A stretch of DNA of 64,000 nucleotides from Lingula anatina (lineage: Eukaryota > Animalia > Brachiopoda), in the NCBI GenBank assembly GCA_051362555.1, contig CM120643.1, positions 3,472,001 to 3,536,000 on the forward strand. Reading direction: 5' to 3'. The translations under genes and the position numbers were made by a program. Positions 1-10,989 of this stretch are shown one piece after another (position 1 is the stretch's first letter; every line of letters begins with the position of its first letter). The notes under the pieces are model-generated. The model made no database searches and had not been told where the DNA came from. It was given only the letters and a program-made list of their open reading frames with translations.

Positions 1-1004
1 AAGCATGGAAAATCGTTTACGATTTCATCGCGCAGTACGCTTTTCAAATGTAATCTAGGCATGAGAATTAAATTTATAATCTAATAACGGTAATAAAATG
101 AAAATACACTTCTCCGGTGGATATGAGTTATCACTTTTTTGGTGTTTTTGATATGATGATTCTGCTGCATCTAGAGTATTTCGATACAAAAAAAAAATGC
201 CTTTAGTGTAGTATAGATATACCGCCTCGTATCAAATCCTGTCGAAAGAAACAGCAAAAGTTTTGGAGTGATATATCAATCATATTTGTTTCTTTTGTAT
301 TAACTTATTTTTGCGTAGTATTCTACTAGTTTTTTTTTCGAAAATTCATAATTAAATCATGCTTATATTTTTACAGGGCTATCACAAAGTACACGTACAC
401 AAAATTAAAGACATCAAGGGGTGTTTCGTCAGGTCTTACGTGTAGCCGAAATATCAAAAAGACCTTCTTCTTCCTCTACATGTAGATTACCTTATCTAGA
501 CAAGCACATATACACCTGTATTTAAATAAGTACACATATTCTTTACATCAGCGAGTTTCCTAGACATGAGAAATTTAAGTAATGGCAGCTGCACAGGTTT
601 ATAAAGTATATCTATGTATGGAATGTGTTGTTTGTTAGTTTAATCATAGACAACGTAACAACTTGACTTTGTTAAAAAAATTAAGTAGGTAAAAAATCCA
701 AATGTTGTGAGAATAACGACTCAAGACTTTACTTGTTGCTTATATTAAACTTGAGCTTATTTACAACAAACAGGCCTATTTTCCGCACTTAAACAGTAAG
801 AGAAGACAAAAAAAAAAAAAAAAAACACACAATTTGACACAAGCCAAAAATTTAATTGTCTAATGTAAAATGTAATTTTGCCACAAGTCAAGGCGGTTTT
901 AAGTTGTGTATCACGAATATCATTAAAAAGCGCGTAATCGGATGGTTATCAATTTATACAAAGTAAGATGTCTTAAAATTTCCCCGTGAACCACCACGAC
1001 GAGT

Positions 1005-2415
1005 GACCAAGAAGATTTTAAACTTTGAAATCTTTTTACTTCTAAATATTTTGACTTTTATGCCTAGTTTTCGCTTTAAAAAAGAGAAAGAAATTATCCA
1101 TGTAAAAGTCACCTTTGTCGAACCAGATAAATAGAAATGCAGTCAAAATTTTAATGGAAGCCTTAGACACGCATATTTTTACATCATAATCATCACCTAA
1201 TATCTAAGGCGTGCGATTTTCACCCAAAAGCTGAGACGTATGCAGTTTACTATCTATTTTTCACTTGTGAAAAGATTGTGTTAGTGCAGAAAAAAATTCT
1301 TTCACACCAGATGACAACTGAAAACTTTAACAAGATTTTTTAAGCATCATTTATTATCATTAAGATCATCATCATTACAAATCTCTGATATGAACATCAC
1401 TTCCGGCCAGTCATATATTACTTCAAGGAACCCAATTTGCATATAAGAGAAAAAATGCATTTTTTCTGATTTTGGCTTGTTTCCAATTTTTTCATTACTT
1501 TCAAAAAGTAATGTCCCCTTAAGCTCACAAATCGGAACACTTTTGAGTCATATGCACTGATCGTAAATTGTGTAATTAGTAATAACTTTTTTATATCACA
1601 GACGTGTATCACGTTTTCACTCCACAGCCATAAAACTCGTTGATAGCTGCATGGGTATAAAAGTAGGTCAATTGCCTGTATAAAATTACGATTATTGATT
1701 TTTAGTATGGACCGTTTTACGGGGGAGACAGAAGTGGAAAATGTATCAAGATGCCAGCAAAATATTTCGGTTGCATAGGGTTGGTGAAAGGCAGAGTATA
1801 TTGAGAACTTTTAAAGAAAAGAATTAAACTAGCCCACATCTCCAGCTTCAACACGTAGAACTTTATATATGCCTCGGTTCCTCTCTATTTCATCTGACTC
1901 TCCCTAAAATTTTTCAGACCGCGTTAATTGTTCAGCTCCCGGGAACCGCGAAGCATCCAGCGTGGTGGCAGACGCTGAGCTCTGCAGACGGCACATTGCA
2001 TTCACACAAATGGGGGTAAAGGTTTTCTGGGGGAAATGCTGTATTTTATTACATCTGACGAATTACGTGATAGAGGGAGGAAAATTGACTTTTTTAAATT
2101 TTATATTGACTAAATGTAATACAAGACACTGATATTTCTTCTCAAAATTGACAGAATAAAGAAACGCAAAAGGATATAACCTATCTCCCCTTACATGGCA
2201 TATCCTATCCGTGAACTTGATCTACGTTAGTTTTCACACTCCTACACACGCTGAGTTTGTATGGTATCAGTAGAAAGGGGGCGTATGGGGGGGGGGGGAG
2301 AATTTTGATTTAAGTATGGCGTTATGGTTTTACTCATGTTTTACTCATGTTATATTTTATACAATAGATCATTTTATTTTAAAAGGATAGACCTGATCTG
2401 AGAGCGTTGGTAACG
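1005..2415. repeat. Long dispersed repeat or old duplication, copy 1 (copy 2 at ~20180-22980)
   Basis: Collinear similarity over ~1.4 kb. For example 'tatatcacagacgtgtatcacgttttcactccacagccataaaactcgttgatagctgcatgggtataaaagtaggtcaattgcctg' and 'ccgggaaccgcgaagcatccagcg' occur in both copies. Family not recognised. Confidence 0.85.
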
Positions 2416-2654
2416 TTTTTGGGACGAGAAAAGTAAAGAGATTTAGCTACTTCGAGCACATATTTCAAAGCGTACTGTGTGTAAAAGAGATAAAAATATC
2501 GTACCGCAGCAGGGTGTTTTAAAAGATTTTAAATCCTTTAATCATTTTGAAAAATGACAGAAAAGGAATTGTGTTAAAAAAGAAAGTTGCCGCTATTTAC
2601 AGTACTTTTTATGATAATAGGCCTACATTTAACATGGCTATAGCAATAGTACAA

Positions 2655-3150
2655 CTAAGATAAGATAAAGTAAGTATTTATTAAGCCAATAAAAATATTT
2701 AGATATAAATATCGGCAATTGTTATCCTTTGAGAGATAAAACTAAGATAAAACACTGGACAATAAAAAACATTATGAACTAGGCCTAAAAGTGGAATTAA
2801 AGAGAGACAAAAAACTACTTAAAACCATTTACTGCCCTTAAAAGTCAGAAGTCTGCTGGATAAAAAATTTGAAAAGAGAACTTTTTTGGTGGGTGGGATC
2901 CCCACAATTCGTTTTGTTGTTTTCTCCATTCTGTCTTTCAAGATATCATCCAGTTGGGAGAGATCTCTCTCAATTATTTTACCGGTGGCGCTAATAACGT
3001 TGGAGTGTTTTCCCCGTTCCTCCACTGTAGCCACCAGATGCAATAAAGGTTTTAAAAATACTCTCAATGTTACACGTATAAGAGTTAATTAAAACGGGCT
3101 CATTATCTGTAAAAGTTGCAAGTGATCTAGAAAGCCGCTTTTGCCTAAAG
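2655..3150 (-). mobile_element. Decayed 3' end of a Rex1/Babar/L2-group LINE
   Basis: Minus-strand frames give NIES..., ...VISATGKIIERDLSQLDDILKDRMEKTTKRI..., DPTH, resembling the Rex1/Babar C-terminus. This is followed by AATAAA and a (TCTTA)n-like tail at ~2655-2685. Confidence 0.55.
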
Positions 3151-4138
3151 CAAGTTTACTTTTCAAGTGAATTCCTAGGAGTTTTAACTATAGGCCTATA
3201 TCTATTGGATTTAAACATGAAAATACTGGAATATTAAACCGAAAGTGTTGTCCGTAATTGAACCATATGGTAGGGTATATGTGTGCGAGCATGAGTGTTC
3301 ATGAATGTATTTGAATGAAGTTAAAAGTTTGTACCATGTATTGTTTATTTCTTTGGTTTAATAGAAAAAAATTGAAAAAAGAATCTGATAAAAAAAATTA
3401 ATTAAAAGAGTCCCACTGGGTATTTTGTTACCAGTTAAAGCCACTTTTTATTTCCCTGAGATGCGTGAAATGTCCATATTATTTAGCATGATCCATGAAG
3501 CACCTCATTCCTGTGGCTCGTAAATGCGGCTTTTTGTTCTTTGCCCTTCGTGAAATAAAGTCTTGTAATTTTCAGGATTTTCAACTAGCATTGTTGGTGT
3601 GATATACATAAAGTTTTGTTTACTGTGATTTGTAAATTAATGATTTTATTTCCTGTGAACTGTGATCACCCCTCCCTAATGGTACCCTCAATTAAGAAAA
3701 GAAAGAAAAACAAAACTCATTTGATTACAAAAATTTAATATCTTATTGAAAAATTAAGAGAATGACATTTTGCAGGTTTTAACTGGCTTCTACAGAGGCA
3801 ATGATAGTTCTGCATTGACGACCCTGAAAAATAAAAGTTGAAAATATTAAAATATTATTCAGTTAAAATGTGTATTCAGTTAAATATAGTGTAAATAGAT
3901 GTTGACAGTAACTCTACAACCACCAGCTCTTTGCTACTATCATATAATTACTGCTTTCATGTACTGTTTGACATAATTTTCCTCTAAAAAACTGAAAGCT
4001 TACTTAGTTATGATACCATCAAAACAAAGAGACAAACAAAAAGAACTTCTCTGTAAATGTATAATAAATCTATTCTTTTAAAAATACTGTTGACTTTTCT
4101 TCATTTCTTAATGTCTGAAGTGTTTAGAATTATTTAAT

Positions 4139-4240
4139 TAATAATAATAATAATAATAACCATTTATGTTCGTGCCCTCTGTCTGAAGCAAGACGTGAAC
4201 AGATTCAATACCCTCCTCCACCTAGATGGGCCGCTATTCT
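4139..4240 (-). mobile_element. Very short 3' stub of an RTE-like LINE with (TTA)n tail
   Basis: Minus strand reads ...SRWRRVLNLFTSCFRQRART* and then runs almost directly into a (TTA)n microsatellite tail. Confidence 0.35.
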
Positions 4241-4438
4241 TTGGAGCTAAAATGTATAATACAATATTACTTACTAAGAGGCAAAAGTATAAAATGTTCA
4301 ATAAGTCAGTGCAACATCATATTTCATGTATGAAGCTTCAATGAAACACTTTTACCAGTATTTGGAATAAACAAAATTGCCAAGTATCATTTTAATCTGG
4401 CCAAAAGCACAATTTGTGTTGGCACAACATAAGGAGTC

Positions 4439-4439
<1 letters not shown>

Positions 4440-4469
<30 letters not shown>

Positions 4470-5211
4470 ACATGCACAATCACATTCCATCTGTGTAATA
4501 AATATTGACCCTACTATTCTATTGACCCTACTGTCTTACCTCTGTCCTTCACGTCCTCTGCCACAGTTGTTGTGTCATTGATACTGACTGAAGAAAAACA
4601 GGAAAACAAATTAAACATTTCATACCTGTGCACAACAAAAATTCAACACATTATTTAACATAGTCAAAGACCCATTCAAAGATATAGATCACAGAACAGT
4701 GAATTTAAACTCAGTGTTTGTGTATCAGAGTCTCCCCCTAAAGTCCATCTGTGTGTTTACATTTTTAAGTGTGTTAAATGAATTCCTGTTAAGTTGCCCT
4801 AAGCTTACTGTCTTACCTTTTTCTTTGATGCCCTCAGCATCTGACACACTCTCTGTGTCTTTGATATTGGCTAAAGAAAAAATGATATCTAATAGAAACT
4901 TAACATTCCATATCTGTGCATGTCCAAATAGGATTCAGTATTACAATTTATGAAAGACACATTCAAATCTTTAAATGACTTAAAAATAAATCATCTTCTT
5001 AAGTATGCTAAAGACTTTGCTTGAGCAGCATGCTTGTGGTATGTATGTGCGTACGTATGTGTGTTTGTTAGTGCATGTGTGTGTGTGCATGCATGTTTCA
5101 TAAGTATATTAAAAGTCATAACTATTTTACTGAGATTCCTGTCTTACCTATCTCCTCAATACTTAGGGTCTTTACAAGTGTTACATTGTTCTTGTCTTTC
5201 AGTTTGGTATC

Positions 5212-5249
<38 letters not shown>

Positions 5250-6150
5250 ATGAACATGCACTATTACATGTCATCAATGTAATAAATAGATCCCTATTCT
5301 ATTGACCCTGCTGTCTTACCTCTCTCCTTCACATCCTCTGTCACAGTAATTATTGTGTCTTTGACATCAACTGAAGGAAAAAAAAGAACACAAATTCAAC
5401 ATTCCATGCCCATGCACAACAAGGATTCAATACCATAGTCAAAGATGTATTCAAAGATTTAGATCACTGAACAGGGAATAAAAACACAATGTTTGTAAGG
5501 GCCGGATCTCGTGAGATTTTCTGACAGTCTTGCAAATTATGTTTGTTGATCCATCCTCCATTGTGGACTGTCTTCTGACAAAAAAATTAAATCACCATCA
5601 ATGTAAACTTCTAACCATCTTGCGGAAGACCCAGAAGATGGCCTCAATTTGCCCCTGTTTGTGTCTGAGAGCCTGTTTGTGTGTGTATAAATTTTTTAAG
5701 TGTGTTAAATAAACACCTGTTAAATTGACCTTACTGTCTTACCTCTCTTCTCGCTGCCCTCAGCATCTGACACACTCTTTGTGTCTTTGAAATCCACTAA
5801 AGAAAAAATGATATTTTAATAATATTTTAATATTTAAAAATACAAACTTAACATTCCATATCTGTGCATGTTCAAAAAGGATTCTGTAGGCCCATTACAC
5901 TTTGATGAAGACACATTCAAAGATTTAACTGACTTGAAAATAAATAAATAATCTTCATAAGTATGCTAAAGACTTTGTGAGCAACACGCTTGTGGTGTGT
6001 ATGTGCATGTGTATGTGTGTTTGTTAGTGTATGTGTGTGTGCAAGTATATTAAAATTCATTATTATTTTACTAAGATTCCACCCTTACCTAGTTCCTCAA
6101 TGCTTAGGGTCTTAACAATTGCTACATTATTCTCTTCTTTAGTATCACCT
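4440..6150. repeat. Tandem duplication of a three-exon block (~4440-5215 vs ~5215-6150) bounded by (TG)n microsatellites
   Basis: Paired exons and introns: 'cttaagtatgctaaagactttg' at ~4998 vs 'cataagtatgctaaagactttg' at ~5956, and 'acttaacattccatatctgtgcatgt' at 4898 and 5846. (TG)n tracts at 4443-4469 and 5215-5248. Confidence 0.85.
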
Positions 6151-7412
6151 GAAAGAACAGAACTGAATTTTAAGGAATACCATTTATGTGAGTATGTTGG
6201 AGTATGTTGGAGCAAGGAGTTTTTATAACTCCTTGGTTGGAGACAAAGAGAAGCGTGTTAGTCTGTTAATCTGATTGTATTCAGTGAGAGTTTCCATGGA
6301 GTTAGTGCACATTAGCTAGGTCTCCAAATTCATTGCCAACAGCCCCTGAGGATCCAGACTTGCACCCTGAGAGTCAGGTTGTTGTTGTAATTTTATTTCA
6401 TGAATCCTTCCTAAAAGATAAAAAATGCATCAAGTTGATTGAATAGAGCAATGGTGTGGACTTACCACTTGTGTGGACTTCAGGCTTGTACATGTAGTCC
6501 CACTCTGGAATAAGATGAGACATTTATTTATTATTTACAAGTTATGATATACACTAAAATAAAGTCTTAAATGTATTTGACAATATTAAAGGACCATTTC
6601 ATCATTTTTCTACAGTTTTTTATGGGATAGTGAGATTTCCAAATGTTGTACATGACAGATTTAAAAGGTTACGAGAATTATGAGTTCAAGCACCTTTTAT
6701 TTCCATGTCCAGTTCTTCCCAAGTACAGGTCACTTCCATGCTGTCCTTAGTGGTCACCTGGAGGCACCTGTTCCTAAAGGGTTCAGGCTCCCATGTCCAG
6801 CCAGACCCACGGTGGTAAGGCTGAATAAATTTAAAGAATGAATGAATGAATGAATGAATGAATAAATGAACGAATGAACAAACAAACAAACAAATAAATT
6901 ACTTGATGATATGTTAATGTCTAAAATGAAAAGTAAAATGTTAATATATACAATAAATGATAGATCAAATACACCAGAAGAAATGAATGAAGGTATGAAT
7001 AAATAAATAAATACTTAAACGTATAGGATTTTAATTTTTCTTTTCAATTTGAAAGATTATCATTTTTACCTCAGATCATTATTTTTGTAAAAAAAAAAAA
7101 GTTTCATACTTACATTTGTGGCTTAATGAATTTCCATACCATATTTGAGCCCTTGGGCAGGAGAAACTCTGCCCTGAGAGATGGGACTCCCATATCAGTG
7201 AACCTTGACAGGTTCACTCCTCACTGGGGGTCCCATCCCCCGAGGGCAGTTCCCCTGCTCACCACTTTTGCTTTCAATAAATTGTGTTTTAAAACAATTC
7301 TGACTGTGGCCATGGCTGCTAAAAATAAAAAGAAGAAATAAAATAAAACAGAAAGAAATCCTATCAATATATCTTTTTGATATTTACACTACAGACATTC
7401 AAATTGATCACT

Positions 7413-7786
7413 GGGATAATAACTGTTCGTCTTGGCCAAAAAATGAATTTTCCTGGAGTAAACAAATTTCCCATACTTACCAATGGTTAATGAATCCATT
7501 TTTACATTCAAAGTTAGTCCCTGTTTTTTTTCCTAAAAAGTTTTTTTTTGTTATAATTTCATATTACAGAGTAAAGCCATCTATGGAGTTCACGTGGTCC
7601 GCTGACAAGCTCAGATATCAGAATAATAGCTATAGCTGCTGTTTTTGAGGTAAAACGGATTATATTATATTATATTATATTATATTATATTATATTATAT
7701 TATAATTTATTATATTATATACGAGTTGTTCACAATGTATTTATTGTAAAATATAGATCTCATACAAAGAGTTAATTATTATCCCT
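7413..7786. mobile_element. Kolobok-type non-autonomous element (MITE), copy 1, with internal (ATTAT)n expansion
   Basis: Imperfect TIR gggataataactgttcgt ... acaaagagttaattattatccct, followed by TTAA. Homologous to 21089-21425. Microsatellite at 7659-7720. Confidence 0.7.
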
Positions 7787-9802
7787 TTAATTAATGTGAA
7801 TAAAGAAAGATATATATCTATCTTATTTTCATATTATGAGCAAATAAAATGTTTTTTTTATTATTTTAAGTAACAAAAAAATAATTGCAAGAGTAGTTTT
7901 AGGCCCATATTGTATTATAAAACACATACAGTCTGATTATACAAACACACACACAACTCACGAGCACACTATTCTTCTTTATTAATTTCAATTCCCATAT
8001 CTGCTGTCATCTGCAATATGTACAATAAATAAATGAAATCATGTTAAACAAGATACAAATCATGGAGTTCTGTATCTTAATTTGGTAGTTTGTGATGTAT
8101 GCATTTGTACCATTATCAGAATGATCAGCAAAACGTGTGACATGAATTTTTTAAGAATAAAAATCAACCACATAAAAAATCATGAACAGGTAAAAAGGCG
8201 CTGTGTGGGCTTACATTGAACTTGCTGCAGAATTTCAGTATTGAATAAAAAATAAAACTCACCAGCGACTGTGTAGACATTGTCTCTTTGCTTTGTTTAC
8301 TAAAACAATAAACAGGAATAATTATTGTATAAAAGAATTTCATTGGACGGTTCCTGTATTGTTTCCTTAACTTTAAACCAATCAGATTGACACTTCGTTG
8401 AAGCTCTCGACCTTGAGTCTTTCTACTAAATATCGCAATATATATCACCCTGGTCATATCTATTGCGGTTCCAGAACTCTCTCCCTCCTCGCACGAGTTT
8501 CTTAGAAAGCAGGCGGTGAACCTGTTGCTGATACTGGCCGCAGTCCTTTACAAATCCTAAGTCTCACCTCTTGCATAGCGCCATCTATACTAAACAATTT
8601 TTATATGGCGTAGACTAGGCAAAGGGTGACGCTGAAAAGTCGGAATTTTCATCAAACGTTCTGCACACTGAGTTTCACCATACATCAGGACACTTTTCTT
8701 AGATGGTTTTGTTATAGATTCTATTGACAAACTTAATCGGTGAATTCAGGATGAGACATCTAAAGTGACGGACACATATGGTATCGACTGTGTCAGTTGT
8801 TCACTGTTCACATCACGATGCAATGTGCTGGTGAAGATTTTACAAAATGCTTCAGAATGTTGACGCTGCAGATTAAAACGCTCTTGGAGATCTAGCAAGA
8901 TTGCACGCAGTCATCTAGTTCAGTTTTGTCATTCCCTTTTCATCTGCAATTACCCAATGCCTTATGAAGGTGAGGAAATAAAATGAAGAACTAGCGTTAT
9001 TCCTTCTTATATAATTTTTAAGTGGGCCTTTTTCTTGTTTCTTTTGAGTCATCAGTCGAAATAGTAATATATATGAACTTAACTATGAATAACTAAAACT
9101 TCCCATGGCGTGTCCACTTACGTGAACTAGCACTACCATCCTGAGTTTCAGAAAGCACCATAAACCCACCTCTTTAATATCACTACTGGTACAGTGTATG
9201 CTTGAGCGTTGACTTACAACAACACTTTTTTTGGAAAATTTATTTTTATAAAGTATTTCTTTGCAGTTTATTTGATACTTGGACATAATAAGAGAAGGAC
9301 ATGAAACGCTGAGCAAGATCAAAGGATAATCAGCTTTATGCGAGCTCTTTGCAAAACCATGTGCATTCGGATCACATGACCTCCTGTACAGGTAGCGAGC
9401 ATATTGCAGTTGTCAATGACCTTTTGTGTCATTGGGGCAGGTAGTTGGCGATAACTTGAGTCAATCCTTCGGGTGGATAAAGACAATAAACTTAAAGAGA
9501 TTTACTTAAAAGTATAAATACAATTTGTTCTGTCAATTTGGAAGCTGTGTGAGAATTTGATATGTTTGTTCATGAAGGAATTCAAAATGCCCTTTGTGGT
9601 AAAGGCAATCTTGTTTTGAGCTATCAAAACAGCTTATCTGAGACAATGGGCAAATGTTTACCCGAACGCACATAGCTTCAAAGGAAGATGCCGCGTTTCA
9701 CGTCCTTTCCTTTTTATGTCCAAGTTTGATGTAAGTCTAATATTCTGGATCTTGAGGAAAAACCCTGGTCATTGACTATTTTTTCTTTTCCAGTTCATCA
9801 TC

Positions 9803-10190
9803 TGACTCCACACTACACTGTACTACACTGTACTATGAGGCACAGGACTATACTGCCACAATGGAACACAATGACTCCAGACTACTACACTGTACTAGGA
9901 AGCAGAGGACTATACTGCCACAATGGAACACAATGACTCCAGACTACTACACTGTACTAGGAAGCAGAGGACTATACTGCCACAATGGAACAAAATGACT
10001 CCAGACTACTACACTGTACTAGGAGGCACAGGACTATACTGCCACAATAGAACACAATGACTGCAGACTACTACACCGTACTAGGAGGCATAGGACTATA
10101 ATGCCACAATGGAACACAATGACTCCAGACTACTACACTGAACTAGGAGGCACAGGACTATATTAAAATAAAAATAATAAAACACAATGA
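9803..10190. repeat. Minisatellite, 62-bp unit, about 6 copies
   Basis: Unit tgactccagactactacactgtactaggaagcagaggactatactgccacaatggaacacaa recurs at 9872, 9934, 9996, 10058 and 10120. Confidence 0.95.
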
Positions 10191-10989
10191 CCGCAGGCAT
10201 ATTTTCAAGATGGTCAGATAACAATATGAGTTTCATAAATCTTCATAAGTAGATCCCATTGTCTTCTGGATCTTTACATATTTCAGTGAATTTTTGAATC
10301 TGTAATGCTGCTTAATCACAGCCTTTCAGCAAGTTTTTCATCTTGTTCAATGTAATGCCTGATATTTAGGTGAATTTGTGCTGCTAATGATGTAAGAATT
10401 TTGATGTAAATTACCCAGGTATTTTAATGCTTTGTCAAAGAAAGTGAAGGAACAGTTTTAAGACACTTGAAAATAAAGTAGATTGTTTTAAAGATGTATT
10501 TTTTATTGTCTTCCTGTGGATCACACATGTCCTCCATATATGTTTGTATGTGGTAATATTGTTGCTGTATCAACTTAACTTGGAGATGTTACCACAGCAA
10601 TGACTGTAGCAATGACAGTAATTAGGAAGGGTGTAGTAAGTATTGCTTAGAATGAAGATAGATATCAAAGAAATGGGTTGTCAAGTAGTGGGTAACGACC
10701 TTACTGAAGCTGTAAATATTGTCAATTTAGTAAACTCGGGGAATTTAGAGATGAGTAATGGGTGCATTTGACCAGAAAATATCAACTTCTTTGTTTGACA
10801 ACATGATATAAAATTATGTTCCAGCTTTAAAGTACAGATATTGGTCCATTTCTAAAACTGTTGCACAGCTGATTCATATACTGCTATTGAAAAAGTTGTA
10901 TGTAGTCACCTGTTATCAATTCCAGCATTCCCAACTTGTCCACATAGGGTGCCATTCACTCTCAGCAGGTTGGCTGTCATGGATCACAT

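Larger units (their letters stand above)
3750..7318 (-). pseudogene. Multi-exon gene, probably pseudogenised: CBM20-like carbohydrate-binding domain plus acidic repeats encoded by short exons
   Basis: Exons with AG/GT boundaries: 7114-7318 (ATG 7313), 6694-6820 (weak GTGCTT donor), 6466-6504, 6089-6148, 5743-5796, 5320-5370, 5148-5213, 4817-4870, 4540-4587, and a possible last exon from ~3823. Translation shows CBM20 hallmarks: ALGGWDP, LLPKGS.MVWKF, WTWEPEPFRNR, VTCTWE. There is an in-frame TGA at 7221-7223 and an apparent 1-bp frameshift near 7124. Confidence 0.7.

Noticed and set aside
7221-7223. In-frame TGA read as selenocysteine
   Set aside because: The position is not a Cys site in CBM20, I saw no SECIS, and a second lesion (frameshift) lies in the same exon. 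CpG decay is the simpler explanation.
9340-9425. Possible HDV-like ribozyme (gctcttt...acctcctgtacaggtagcgagc)
   Set aside because: P1 has a mismatch, and the GG for P1.1 and the J4/2-P2 strand are not evident.
9803-10190. This and the tandem arrays at 31908, 34839, 49870 and 54116 read as CRISPR arrays
   Set aside because: Whole units repeat with no unique spacers, there are no cas genes, and the context is eukaryotic.
10230-10460. L1-type RT fragment (minus-strand LKYLG)
   Set aside because: A single short motif with no supporting flanking motifs.
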